A DNA stretch of 64,000 bases from the human T2T-CHM13v2.0 reference genome, Homo sapiens: the NCBI RefSeq assembly GCF_009914755.1, contig NC_060926.1; one strand, given 5' to 3'. The notes under the pieces were generated by a model, which was given only the letters and a program-made list of their open reading frames with translations, did no database searches and was not told the DNA's origin. Every line of letters starts with the position of its first letter. Within the stretch, counting starts at the first letter, position 1. A program made the position numbers and the translations under genes. Below are positions 43,353 to 60,470 of the stretch, one piece after another.

Positions 43353-46300
43353 TAATGCATTCCTTTCCACTTCCCTCAGCCAGAGCCGACTTCTGTTGCT
43401 TACACATCAGCCACAGGCATCTCCATGCCCTCGGTGCCCACTGCTTGACCTCCCCCACACTCCATTCTTGGAATAACCATTCTGCCAGAGCCCTACTGCC
43501 CTCGCAGACAGCCCCTGATGTGACAGTGAGGACATCTGGGGGTGTCCTTGCCTTCTTCCCTCAGGGATGGATAGAAAGGCAAAGGGGATAACATGTGGAG
43601 AGGCAAAATTAGGGGTCCCCAGTGGTTCCTCTATGGAAATAGCAAAGCAAATCCTCAGGGCAGTGTTCAAGGACTGGGCCCAGGCCGACTGCTAGCACTG
43701 CTGTCTTTAAAAATCACACTCAAAATCATTTGATGGAGATGATTCTAATGATCACACTGCCTCTAAAGAATTAGTTGCTGACCGTAGCTTGCAGCCTGAA
43801 GGGGGAGCGTTCACGTAGGTAAAATGAATGAGACATATGCTCACATGCATTACTAAATCAAGCAAATATTTCTAACTTCAGCACCTTCTTACCCCATTAG
43901 ATGCAAATGTGTTCCTCAAGCAGAACAGGCCTCACTGAGCTTGCAGACACAGGGTGGCGAGTGAGGTGTTACAAGAAAATCCAGAAAGCTGGGTGGTGGC
44001 TGAGCCGGGGAGGGCGGGGGAAGGCCTGGAGTCTGCAGGGTGGGAGACAGGGCATCTGGCTTCAGAGGACGGAGCCCAGACATTGGAGCCCTGCTCCTTC
44101 CTGTGACCGGAGGAAACTTTGCAGGGTCAGAGAAGTCGTGTCAGACTCTGGGCAGCCTGTCCCCAGACCTCCAGATGCTAGACCCTGCCTGGATCCCAGG
44201 CATGCCACTTTCTGTCTGTCCCCTTGAGTTCCATGGGCAGCAGAGCAGTGGGCAGACGGGTGGTGTGCCTGGGTTGCTCCCTGAGAACCTCCCGGGAGGT
44301 GAGGTTGCTGGAGAGGAGCGTGTGACCCTCAGGAGTGCTTCTGGCAGAAGGGCCTGGCCAGGACCTGAAGGGAAGTGAGAGGGCCCGGGAATCTTTTCCA
44401 GGGTGTGCCCCCTCTGCTGAGCCCTGAGGCTTGCCCTCCATGGGACTGTGCCCGTTGCTCCCACAGGCTGCTCCCCTGGCTCAGCACAGGCAGCCAGGAT
44501 CCAGCTGTGGAGTCCCTCAGCTCCCGAGCATGTTGTTGTCACAGCCCTGGTGGCAACAAACCTTCCTTCTTTCCCGCCACCAGCTTCTCCAGGGAACCCC
44601 TGTGTCCGCCTCAGTAGCCCCACCTCCCAGCCCACTGCCTGCTAAATTGGTAGGTGACCAGTAAATGCACAGCGACTGACTCCCAGCACTGCACCGGGCC
44701 TCAGGGCACAGCAGGGACAGGCCTCCTCTGCCCTCAGACAGAAGGTGCTGGCAAAGTGACCAGCTGCCCCATTTTGCAGATGGGGCTGTGGAGGCCCCCG
44801 CTGGCTACATGGTCTGCCCTCAGCCACATGGGCTCAGCAGGCTGCTGCAGCCACATGAGTGAGTGGATTGAAGTCCAGCGAGCCACAGGGACCGGGCTGG
44901 GGAGCGAGCAACCCTGCTTCCCCGAGAGCACATGTGCCGAGAGGAACAGCTGTCTCCACCCCGCGCGCAGTGGGCTCCCATGGGAATGTGGTGTGTGGCT
45001 TGGCAGACAAACAGACACAGCTCCTCCACCACCTGTGGCCGTTTTCGGGGTTGGGGGGCGGTTCAGAGCCCTGGGGCCTCTGCCATATCTGTCAGTGGCC
45101 ATTTCTCTGGGACCTCATTGTCCCTTTTTCCCATTCTTTCCCTTTAAGTTCTGGGAAGTCTGGAAAGGACGAGGCCAGACTGATTGGGAATGTTGTGGCT
45201 GGAAGTTTTGGGAAGGCAAGAGCTCTAGTTTCAGAACACCAGCTCTCTCGGTGGCCAGTGTGTAGTGGTCTGAGGCCAGAGCACAGGAGGTGGGTGGGGT
45301 AGGGTTCTGAGGCCTAGACGAGGACCGCTGCCCACAGGAACAGAGCAGGGCCAGGGGACATTCTCTCTCCAGTTGTCTGTGACATCAGGACTGCTGGGAC
45401 TCACCTGGGACTCCATTGCTGCTGGACCTGGCACACAATGGACGCCCTCTTGTGTGAGACTGAATGAATGAACCAGCTCTGACCTTCTGGGAGAAACCTC
45501 CCCTCATACCAGCCACCCGGGGTCCCTGAGGGCAGGGCCTCCATTTCTGCCCCCTCTCCCATGCTCAATGACTCTTCTGGTTGACACCCACCTGGGAGAT
45601 GGCCTCTGGTTTCAGGGTTGCTGCAGATTCTGGGACTGAGACAGAAACAAGACAGCAGTTCAGCCTGGGCAGGGCCTGGAGGCCAGGCGGGGTCCACCTG
45701 GTCACAGACTGAGGCCAGGCCATCACTAGGGGTCAGGGCTGGAGTGAGAGAACCAGCTCAGCCCCCCAGGACGGAGGCTAAGCTCACACAAAGCTCTGTG
45801 TTCTGCCTGCAATCACACAGTGGAAATCAGGGCAGCCCTGTGTCTCCTGGGGGCACAAGGCAAGGGCTGGAGGCTGGGAAAGGAGCTGCCCCTGGCGGTT
45901 ATCTGACCCCAGGAGGACTTGCCCAGCAGCAATGAGCTCATGGACCCTGGAGCAGAGCTGGGCAGTGATGGGAAAGGAACTGCATATGTTTGCTGGAGAT
46001 CTGGAGGCGTGGGCCTTTCACATGAGCTCATGTGATAAGATGCTCCCAGGCCTCGCCAAGCCAGGGGCCCATGGGCAGCTGCTTCTGTAGGAGGAACACT
46101 GTCTGCCGGCCCTGCTGGCCTCTGCCCTGCACACACCTTCTCTTGCTTCCTTAGAAACTGCAGGCTGAGCCCAAGGAAGATGACCTGGCGATGCTGAGCT
46201 TATTTGGGTGGAATGATGAATGGCCCCTTAAAAATCAATCCTCCTTAGAAATTTGGTATAGAATATTTATCCAATGTTACAGTGCGAGGTAAACAGAAAA

Positions 46301-46579
46301 GTCAGACTAATAGCAAATATGCACAGCTCCACTGATATAACATGGCCTGTCTACTACTTCCCTGGTTTTCAGATCCTCCGGCAACTTTTGTGTCTAGTTG
46401 GATTTGAAGTGCACATAATATCTTGTGATCAACTTTCTCATGTAATATGATTTGATAAAACCTTTTCCATGAACCTTCATAGTCTGCAATGTAATGGTTC
46501 ACAGTCAGGATTTGGGCTGTTTTTAGTGTCATGTGCTTACAAATATCGCAGGTAAAAACATGCCTATATAAACAGAGTT

Positions 46580-46768
46580 TTTCTCTTTTCTTTCTTTCTC
46601 CCTTCCTCTCTCTTTCCTTCTCTCCTCTTTTCCTTTCTTTCTTTCATCTCTCCTCCTCCCTCCTTCCCTCCCTCCCTCCCTTCCTTCCTTCTCTTTTTCC
46701 TCCTTCCCTTCCCTTTCCCTTTCCCTTTTCCTTCCCTCCTTCCTTCCTTCTTTTGTTTCTTTCTTTCT
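46580..46768. repeat. CT-rich low-complexity / (CCTT)n-like tract
   Basis: About 190 bp of almost pure pyrimidines on the plus strand. Confidence 0.93.
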
Positions 46769-47777
46769 AATTGCTGGTTGAAAGGGTTTGATAGCATAAG
46801 CACTCTTTGTGGTTTGGTTGAATTTTGTCAGCCCTGTGCCAATGGACATGACCTGGTATATGGGCTTTCTTAAGTATTTTTATCAGAGTGTTAGATATAT
46901 TGATATTATTATTTTCATGTTTACTATGAAATGGCCTTTCACTGTATGGCTTTTCTATGCTCATATACAGATGTTTACACATTTTCAAGATGTTTTGAGT
47001 TCTCGTAGCCTCCTGCACTTTTCTTTGACTACATGCTTGTGTGGTCGCCTGGCTCAGGCCATTTCTCCCAGGGGCCATTTGTTCCTGGAGAGCAGGGATC
47101 TTGTTTGTTTTGCTCTTGCTACCCCAGCACCCAGCCTGGGTAAGTCCACTATAGAGGCTGAAAGTGTGGACCACATAGTGGCTTTGATTCTTGCGAACTG
47201 GGTATTTTCACCTACATTACATAGACAGGAGACTAAGCTCAGAAATGTTAAGTACTGGAGTAAGCACCATGGCTGGGACTGAAACTCAGAGGTCTGTCTG
47301 CCCTGAAACCCACACTTGGTCCTGACACCAATGTCTCCGTAGATAGGGGGAGCATACACTTTTATATTCTTCTGTTGTGGTTTTAAAGAATGGTTGTGTG
47401 AGTGTGTATGCATGCGTGTATTTAACTTTAACCTGTCTGGAATGTTCTGTGGTAAATGGTGAGTAAAGACCTGTTACTCGCATGTCACTATTATCCATTT
47501 CCCATATGATGTAGTGATAATTGTTTCTTTCATCATTTTCTCTTCACTTGATTCATGATAAATATTCAACTCAGATAAATATGTTCTGCTCTTCCGTAAA
47601 GTTTTCAGAGCTGCTGCATGTGTTCTATAGACTAGTAGGCATTTTCCCTGGTTTTGCCTTAAAATAAAAAAGATTTCCCAAGCAGTTGCTTTCTTATATA
47701 AATGTTATTTTTACTTTATAAACTTTTATAAAAGTAATTTTAATTAAAATAGTTGCATTTCATTTTCATTAAACTCT

Positions 47778-47942
47778 CTCTCTCTTTTTTTTTTTTTTTT
47801 TTGAGATGGAGTCTCGTTCTGTTGCCCTTGCTGGGGTGCAGTGTCTCGACCTCGGCTCACTGCAACCTCCATCTCCCAATGATCAGCCCACCTCGGCCTC
47901 CCAAAATGCTGGGATTACAGGCATGAGCCAACGCGCCCGGCC
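47778..47942 (-). mobile_element. Internally deleted (monomer-length) Alu
   Basis: Alu 3' end joined directly to Alu 5' end; TSD tcattaaactct at 47766-47777 and 47943-47954. Confidence 0.88.
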
Positions 47943-48005
47943 TCATTAAACTCTTATTATGGGTTTTTAACTTTATTGTATTGTAATCAGATAATATAAC
48001 TTATA

Positions 48006-48241
48006 CAGGTTGAATATCCCTTATCCCAAATGTTTTGGACCAGAAATGTTTTAATTTTGGATTTTTTTGGATTTTGGAATATTTGCATTATACACTTACT
48101 AGCTGAGCATCCCTAATCCAAAAATCTGAAATTCAACATGCTCCAATAAGCGTTGCCTTCGAGCATCATGTTGGTCCTCAAAAAGTTCTGGATTTTACGC
48201 ATTTTGGATTTCCAAGTTTTGGATTAGGGATATTGAAACTG
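48006..48241. mobile_element. Tigger4a/MER46A TcMar-Tigger MITE (236 bp)
   Basis: Imperfect terminal inverted repeats caggttgaatatccct...agggatattgaaactg flanked by TA duplications. Confidence 0.85.
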
Positions 48242-48274
48242 TAATATTTATGAGATTTGAACTTTCTTGAGATT

Positions 48275-48900
<626 letters not shown>

Positions 48901-50594
48901 AGATTTTCTTTTGTGCCTGAATATTTGTTGTTTTTATAAATATCTCACGTGCATTAAAAATATGACTATTATTTGTAGGGGACAAAATTTAATATATACA
49001 ACTTTCTTAATTATTTTCTGTATACTTAATTTTTGGCAATTGATTTGTAAAGGCTAATAGAACTGGATAAAACCCCCATTTATTTGGTAACTGACTATTT
49101 CAATACTTGTCTGGACGTTATTATTGCTTTCTTCTGTGCAGCACTAACTTCTTTCGGAAACTCTCCCTCCACTCTAACCCTGTTTTATTGTGGCCTACCA
49201 ATCTCAATAACCCATCTCTTTTATTATAGACACAAGCACATGACCCAGATCCGGCCGGACCCAAGCCCCCAGTTGGTCAATGACAGAAACGTAACTCCAG
49301 CTCTAAGAAACTTTATTGGTTGCATAACCAGGAAGTCCAGGGCGAGAGCCTATTTATTCGCTGGCTCAGAGGCCACCAGATTCAGTGATTTAAGTGATGT
49401 TGAGCCTCTCTCTTTCTCCCGGTAACTTCTCTGCCTCCATGTGATGGCCTTATTCTTTCCTACTACAGAGCGTCTTCCTCTGTGTGGTAGGGGATGCAGG
49501 CAGGGAGAGTGATGCCCTCAGATGTCTCCTCTTAGGTCTAGACAGAATCTTATGGAAGGACCAGCTGGCCTTGTTGGCCTTGTTTGACTTGTTAGACTTG
49601 GCCAGTCACTGTGGCCAAGGAGATGGTTTTTCATAGATTGGCCAGACTTAGCTCAAGCACCCATCTCTGGGGCCCCAGAGGCGAAATATGAAGATTGCTT
49701 GCCCCAGCAGAACCCTGGAGAATGAGGAAGGGATGAGTCTCTAAAGGAAAATTGATAACTGGTAACAAAAGGATGAGGGAAAAGGGTGTTGGGAAGGGAA
49801 GAACAGATGTCTGCAATGGGCTGCACCCCCTGGCTATACGATTGGTTCGGGAATGGGCATGTGACCCAAGCCAGCCAATTAAAGAACTTCCAGGGATTTG
49901 TTTTCTCTCTGTGGAGCTGGCAAGGATGAAATCTCTTTCCTGTAATGCTAGGTGGTTGGCCTGGAGCTGTCTATGGGCATATTCAGTCTCTGAGTTCAGT
50001 CATACTCCTGTTGCGTCAATTTTTTGAGCCAAGGACCACTCTGCCCCCTTTGTGCTTAAGCAGATTGGGATCGGGGTACTGTTGCTTGCAACCAGAGACC
50101 TGCCCAATGCAGTACTGTTATGTCTTCCTTCCACATTTTATATTTAATAATATAAAGTGACCTTCTGTGTCCTGTGTAACTTGCCCTAGATCACAATTTA
50201 TTAAGGGGCTGAGTCAGATTAAACCCAGGTGGGCTGGCTCCAGAACCGAGGGCAGCACCTTGGGATACCTGATCATTCCACAGAAAGCCATTTGGTCTCC
50301 TCACCAGGGGATGGTGGGGGATGACTTCTCAGGTTCCAGTCCACCATGCAGGCCTCAAGCATTGTAACTAGATTTTTTAAAATATGAAAGGTTTTACTTT
50401 ATTTTATTCTAATTAAAAAAATAAAAATAGCTTTTTTTCTGACTACTATGTAACTCGGGCTGCATTACCAAGTTCATGTGACGATTTCTCATGTTAAGGT
50501 TGAGCAGAACATTCTTAAAAACCTGTTTTCTTGACCATTTCCTGAATTATTTAAAAAAAGGTGTCACATAGTCATTAGAATACAGATAATACAG

Positions 50595-50890
50595 GGCTGG
50601 GCATGGTGGCTCCCACTTGTAATCTGAGCACTTTGGGAGGCCAAGGTGAGCAGGAGTTTGAGACCAGGCTGGCCAACATGGTGAAACCCTGTCTCTACCA
50701 AAAAAAAAAAAAAAAAAAAAAATTACAAAAATTAGCTGGGCATGGTGGTGCGAAATTGTAGTCGCAGCTACTCAGCAGGCTGAGGTGGGAGGCTGGCTTG
50801 AGATTGGGAGGCAGAGGTTGTGATGAGTTGAGACTGTGCTACTGCACTCCAGCCTGGGCAACAGTGAGACCCTGTCTCAAAATAAAAAAA
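50595..50890 (+). mobile_element. Alu (diverged, internal deletion, expanded A linker)
   Basis: Alu consensus segments. Confidence 0.9.
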
Positions 50891-53109
50891 ATATGGATAA
50901 TATACATGATATAACTGAATGTGAAGGAGAATACCTCCAGGCCCCTCACCATGAAATAGTCACTGTTCATATTTTGGTCAATATCCTTCCAGAAATTTTT
51001 CTATGTATATAAATATATAAAGATGCATTTATTTTAATAATACAATTCAATTGCATTCTAACATGGTTTTGTAGCCTCTTTTTCTACTTACTCTCACCTC
51101 TGGAGCATTTCTATGTGGCCCATACAATTCTAAGCATTTTACCTAAATTATTAATGGAATCTTCCTATCCGCTGCATGCCACATAACTATATCTAGGTTT
51201 CTGTCATCATTTTCCATGGCATTCTGTTGAATGGAGGTCTCATAATTTATTTAAATAGTCACTTCCCTATTGATGAACTTGTAGGTTGTTTCCACATTTT
51301 TACTAAAATGTAACAAACTGACCGCAGATGGATGTGAATAGCTTAGATCTTGTGATATACTGTGATTACTTTAATGGGATCAGACAAGCCAACCCCATCC
51401 TGGTCCTGCATGACCCGGTTTTTCCACTGTCAGATAATGTCCTGGGGCAGGAAGAATAGAGTGGGTGGGGCCTTTGATGAGGATGGCAGAAAAAGATCCT
51501 CTCTCTGGAGCTGAGGGTTGGATCAGTTGGGCCTGGCTTTGCCATAAGCGGGGCACTGGGGCAGTTCCAGAGGGAGCAGTGTGCTGTCCTTGGCCACCAG
51601 GAAGCAGGTGCTTCCCTGTGAGCAGGCTGAGCTGGGTCTGGGCATGTGCAGTGATGTTGCTGCCTGTGCTGTGCTTCCCTGTGGTCTCAGGCACCCGTGA
51701 GAGCCTGGCCTTTGCTCTGCTGGCAGATTGAGAGGAGGGGCCAGTGCCATGCTCTGGATGGAGTAGCCAAGGGAGCTTTAATCAAGGTGATAAATGGTCA
51801 TACGCATCTAAACTCTCTTCACAAAATGATGGCGAATACACAAGGACTTCCAGTGGACAGGTGATAGGGAGCCCTATTCGCACACAGAGATCCACATTTG
51901 CATCATGGTATGGGTTTGCTCAGCAACACTAAGGCAAAAGAAATGTCACCTTAAAAAATTTTTCCAAATCAGATTAAATATGGCTCAGGCTTCAGCTGTC
52001 CTAATGACAGAATAGTCAATTTCATCATTTTGGGGAGCTACTTCTCTATCCTAGGATTCCCCGAGTCTTGGTGGAGAGAGACATTGGAGTCAGCATTGTG
52101 GCAACTCAGAGGGTTTTACTGGGAGAGTTTCTTGACAGGACTATTCACATGATATGGGAACTAACAGGGGATTGTGACAGAGAGCTGAGAGCATGATAGT
52201 GGAGCCTCCCGACAGGACCTTTAACCACTGAGAGCAACCCCTAATGGAACCACGGCCATGCAGGGCAGAGAATAAAGAGAGCAAATGTGGGGGGTGAAGA
52301 GAGAGGGGGATAACAACCAGCACTGGTGTTTCTCTTTACCGCGGTCTAGGGAATCCACTTCTCATGGGGAGGAGCCTACTCCCATCTTGTGATCGTAGCT
52401 CCATGGGCAAGCCCTGGGTGCTGGGCCAAGTGTGAATGAGGAAGGCTGTGCGGCCCTGAGGTCCTGATGCTTTCCCAGGATGCCCTGGAAATGGCGGGAG
52501 GCTGCCTCTCTTGCCCTCTCACCTAAGGGACCACCGAGGGAGGGGCTGGTCTCCGGGGTGGTAGCAGAGGCAGCAGTGAGCAGCACCAGAGCCGTAGGGA
52601 CTGTTTCTGAGGCTCCCGGGGAGATTTCACTGTGGTTGGACCAGCAGCGGCTCTGCGGCCAGCAGAGCTAGGGCTGGGGCCACCTTGGACATTAGGGCCG
52701 CAAGGCTGGAGGTATGAAAGCCAGCCATGAGTGCATGGAGGCTCACAGTGAAAACTCACTTTATCTGGTTGTGTGCTTTGAGTTTCACAAGAAACTTTCT
52801 TCATGAGAAAATTCGAGTTTCCCTCAAGATTTTTATTATAAGTCAACGCCTTGGATAAGTTTCTATCTCTAGAAAAGATGAAGTCACTTGAAAGGTGGAA
52901 ATATTTATTCAACAAAGAGCCAACTCTTCCACATTTGTTGAATCTAGTTCAATATTTTGTTTCAGATCCCGTATTAAAGGTCAGCGTGAAAATAAACTTT
53001 AGTGTCATGATTTTGTAAGGATCAGTAAATACAATGGATTGAGGGTTAAAATAAATGAACTTAAATACACACACACACCTTTCACCTGTTTTGAAACAAA
53101 ATAAATTTA

Positions 53110-53965
<856 letters not shown>

Positions 53966-54074
53966 TTAAATTTGATAAATTGTTCCTTCCATTACCAGTG
54001 AAGAATAAAGTGTAGGGGGAAATCGGAAGGAACAATTTATCAAACCAGATGTCAAAAAAAAAAAAAACCCATAG

Positions 54075-54275
54075 AGTGCTTACTGTATACTGGGTGCCAT
54101 TCTAAATGCTTGCTTAGCCACTAGCTATTAACTTATTTAATCCTAATGGCTATTTTCATTCCCATTTTATAGATGGGGAAACTGAGGCACACTGAAGTTG
54201 AATAACTTGCCCAAAGTCACATAGCTAGGAATGGCAGAACCAGAATTCAAACCTGGGAAGTCCAGTTCTAGACTT
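54075..54275 (-). mobile_element. MIR
   Basis: cccattttatagatggggaaactgaggcac...aacttgcccaaagtcacatagcta core. Confidence 0.88.
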
Positions 54276-55132
54276 CGTACTCAATAAAATATCTGTGTCG
54301 TATACATTGGGGAGGTTAACAAAGGTGTACCAAATGTGTCTGCTGTGCTTATTGAAACCACCTGGCCTACCAAACCCTTACATAAAGATGTGACATGCAA
54401 GCCTCCAAAGATCACCGAAAACTGCTGAAATTCACACTATGGATACCCAGGGGCCTAAATGAGGTTTTCTCCCAGGACGGAGAAAGCAGTAATGAGTTTA
54501 GAGCAAGAGCCAGACAGTTTCCGAATTGTTTCATGTGCTCTTTAGTCTCTGATCAGAGTTTCTCACCTGCTCACCTGGGCTGCCTAATAGCTTTTCACGG
54601 GCAGATCTCGTATTCGGAGCAAAGTGTGTTCAATTTACTGACCAGCTGTTGGTAAGAGGTGAGAGGAGAAAATATTTCCCTTGAGGTGAATCTAGAAAGA
54701 GTTTTGAGAAATCTTGGTAGGCAAACACTTCCTAACAAGTTAAATGTAGCTTGTCCATCTCAGTCTCCTCAAAACAGTCATCTTACTGGTTTTACCCCAA
54801 GGGTGGTTTGTAGCCAGAATGGCTTTGCCATGGGTGAACACAGAGCTGTGTGTTTGGGGGAGGGGGCGAGGAACACGTGGGGAAGGAGAAGGATCCACCT
54901 AAAGATGGTGGGAAGCAGGCGCACCTGTGCATCAGAAATCCAAGGGCTCACCCTGGAGTCGTACTACCATTTTATCAACAATTCTAGAACGTTGTCTTCA
55001 CCATAAAATAGAAGGGAAATCTGCATTCCACCATCTTATCCCCAGGTTTGTCTAACCATTACCCTTTAGCAATATCAGGTTATGTTTAAACAAAATGGTT
55101 TGCAAAATATCGTTAATTAAGTAGTCTGTCTC

Positions 55133-55556
55133 TTTTTTTTTTTTTTTTTTCTGTTGAGACAGACTCTCGCTCTGTCACCCAGGCTGGAGTGCAGTGGTAC
55201 GATCTCCACCTCCTGGGTTCAAGCAATTCTCCTGCCTCAGCCTCCCAAGTAGCTGGGATTACAGGTGCCAGCCACCACGCCCAGCTAAGTTTTGTATTTT
55301 TAGTAGAGATGGGGTTTCACTATGTTGGCCAGGCTGGTCTTGAACTCCTGACCTCAAGTAATCTGCCTGCCTCAGCCTCCCAAAGTGCTGGGATTACAGG
55401 TTCCAGCCACCACGCCCAGCTAAGTTTTGTATTTTTAGTAGAGATGGGGTTTCACTATGTTGGCCAGGCTGGTCTTGAACTCCTGACCTCAACTAATCTG
55501 CCTGCCTCAGCCTCCCAAAGTGCTGGGATTACAGGCGTGAGCCACTATGCCTGGCC
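55133..55556 (-). mobile_element. Alu with a 135-bp internal tandem duplication (trimer)
   Basis: Left-arm unit present twice, nearly identical. Confidence 0.92.
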
Positions 55557-55669
55557 TGTTGGGGGGCTTTTTTTTTTTTTTTTTGATAGACAGTCAAATC
55601 ATTGACTAATTAATAATGGTGATATGGTTTCCCATTTTCCAGTTCTTATAATTGGGTTTAATGAAATAG

Positions 55670-56010
<341 letters not shown>

Positions 56011-56514
56011 TATTTTTAATTTTAAATAAAAATAAAAACGTTTCCTGCCTGACAACAATTACCCATTAGCAAATACATCTCAAAAATTCCATTACCAATA
56101 GTAATGTCAGAAATGAAACACCAAAGGGACAAAAAAGAACATTAACTAAGTAGAGAACTGGAGCATGTGCCTGCATGGGAAGATGTACTATTATCAAGAA
56201 GTAATTCTCCCCAAAGTACTGCATAAATTTAACATGATTCCAGACAAAAATCTCAATGGCTTTGTGAATGCTGAAAACCTGATTCTAAATTTTCTCAGGA
56301 ATAATAAATACATGCAAATAACCAAGAAGGTTTTTTAAAGTCTTAAGACATATTTATCCTCTTAGATTGAAAAAGTATTATAATACTAATTTAGGATGTG
56401 TTGCTGGTAAAGGAAGAGATAAGGTGAAAGAAATAGGAGTTTCTGACAAAGGCCAAGTTAATACAGTTCTCAGTGAAGTGGGCCAGATGACTAGATTTAA
56501 AATAACACCAGGGA

Positions 56515-56845
56515 GGGCTGGGCGCAGAGGCTCACACCTGTGATCCTAGCACTTTGGGAGGCTGAGGCAGGCAGATTGCCTGAGCTCAGGAGTTCGAGAC
56601 CAGTCTGGGCAACATGGCGAAACTCCGTCTCTACTAAAAATACAAAAAGCAAAATTAGTCAGGCATGGTGGTGTGCGCCTGTAATCCCAGCTACTGGAGA
56701 GGCTGAGGCAGTAGAATCTATTGAACCTGGGAGGTGGAGGTTGAGAATCTCTTGAACCTGGGAGCTGAAATTGCACCACTGTACTTCAGCCTGGGTGACA
56801 GAGCGAGACTCTGTCTCAAAAAAATAAATAAAATTAAATAAAATA
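56515..56845 (+). mobile_element. Alu with a 21-bp internal duplication
   Basis: agaatc(ta/tc)ttgaacctgggag at 56713-56733 and 56744-56764; TSD aaaataa(c/t)accag. Confidence 0.92.
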
Positions 56846-57881
56846 ATACCAGTGCATTGTTAAAATTCCCATGCATGAATTAGAGCTAACACGCACGTGC
56901 TCACAAGCCATCTTTTGGACAGAACAACCAGGTCGCCGGTGGGTGCCTCGTGCTGCTGCACCGGGGACTCCCTGCTTACCGGCCAGAGTCACGGGTCACA
57001 GGCCAGGCTGTGAAGATGAAGAAGCTTCCCTTCTAGGAAGCACCCTCACAGCCAGTCCCAGAGAAAAACCTCAGGCCCAGGAAGCCACTCTGGCGATGTC
57101 CTGGCGGTATGCACAGGGTGATGGGCTTTACAGCTGGGTTTCCACTAAGCCTCCAGTTCTTGTCATAACTGTTCCCCAAGATCCCACTGGTCTAGTTACT
57201 CTGACCTGGAGAAAGTTCAACTCTCCTGTGCCTGCAGAGGTTGAAGGCGGTCCCCTCCTGGGCCGGGCTGCCTGCGCTTCAGCCACTGAGCATGTGGGTG
57301 GAACAGGCTTGGGGTTGGGGTGGGGAAAGCCCTCAGCCTCTTCCTGAGGCTGGGAAGTTTGGGGACAGCTTTGTCATCTCATACGTGGTAGCTCCCCGGT
57401 GGCAGAAGAAACTGAAGTCAGGAATAGAGGGAGAGACTGGCCTCCAGACTGCCCCTCAGTCAGATGCACCAGCATCCCTTCCTTGGCCTGTTCCAAGAAC
57501 CCCTCCAGCCTCAGAAGGTTCCCCTTCCTCAAGTTTCCTCACTGTGTTCAGGAAAGCAATGAGAACATTTTGTTAAACAATAAACGAGTGTTTTGATATA
57601 GGGATTTTCAGGCTGAAGATGCACTCTTCTCAGCAGAGAGACGCATAGTTGGTGGGGAAGAGGTCAGCCAGTTTTTTAAGAAGAGTTCAGTGACTATTTT
57701 TCTTCAAGGAGAACAAAAGCAGCTCCTGAATAAGGCAAACAAGTTCATTATTAATCTTATTTTCCCCCTGGCTGATCACTTGCCCTCCATAACGTTGAGA
57801 CAAGAGTATAAATGTTTTTGTTGCATCTGACAAGATAAATCTGGTGAATATGAAGTCCGAGAAGTTGGTTTAAAATGTTCA

Positions 57882-58308
<427 letters not shown>

Positions 58309-58999
58309 TCAGCAGCAAGAGAAATAGCCCGATCCATAGTGGGGACAAAAGAAGTGGCAACCAAGATGTAGACCTGAAAGCGATGCTTGAGCAGACCTCT
58401 TGATGACAGGCCATGCCTGGTTTGTTCACAGAGGTACCACAGGACCCGGATCTCTGCCAAGTACCTTATATACATCTTCTCAATAATTTACGAGGTAACA
58501 ATCACTATCCCCATTTCACAGATGAGAAAACTGAGGCTTGACCCAAGGAAAGGCTGTCAGGTGCTAGAGGTGGGTTTTCAACCTCTCTGAACCACAGGAC
58601 CTATTACCTCTATACAGAGTGGAAACCAACAAAATGCCAATTGGACAGATGGACGGACAGTGGATGCCAGGATGGGTGCTGCTGAACGGGAACGGGGACA
58701 GGTCTTTTTTGCTGGATATCCTTTGGTGACTTTTGAATTCTGCACTGAGTGCTTCTTTCTAAAATAAATACGTAAAATGACAAAGAGGACTAATATCCTA
58801 CAAGCAGAATAAAAGACCACTTTTGAAGGATCTAAAATCAGCTTAGCTCCTGCTTTCATTTTTCCAGAAATAAACATTCTAAGCCCAGCAAGATGCCCTG
58901 ACTGCTGCTGCTCCATTCTTGTACATTACAAAGAAATGAGGCAAAAATTGGGCAGGAAATTGTTTGCAGTAAGAATGACAGGACATAGTTATTTCATTT

Positions 59000-60470
<1,471 letters not shown>

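Noticed and set aside
52907-52943. 10-bp inverted repeat attcaacaaa/tttgttgaat
   Set aside because: Short and AT-rich; compatible with chance in 64 kb.
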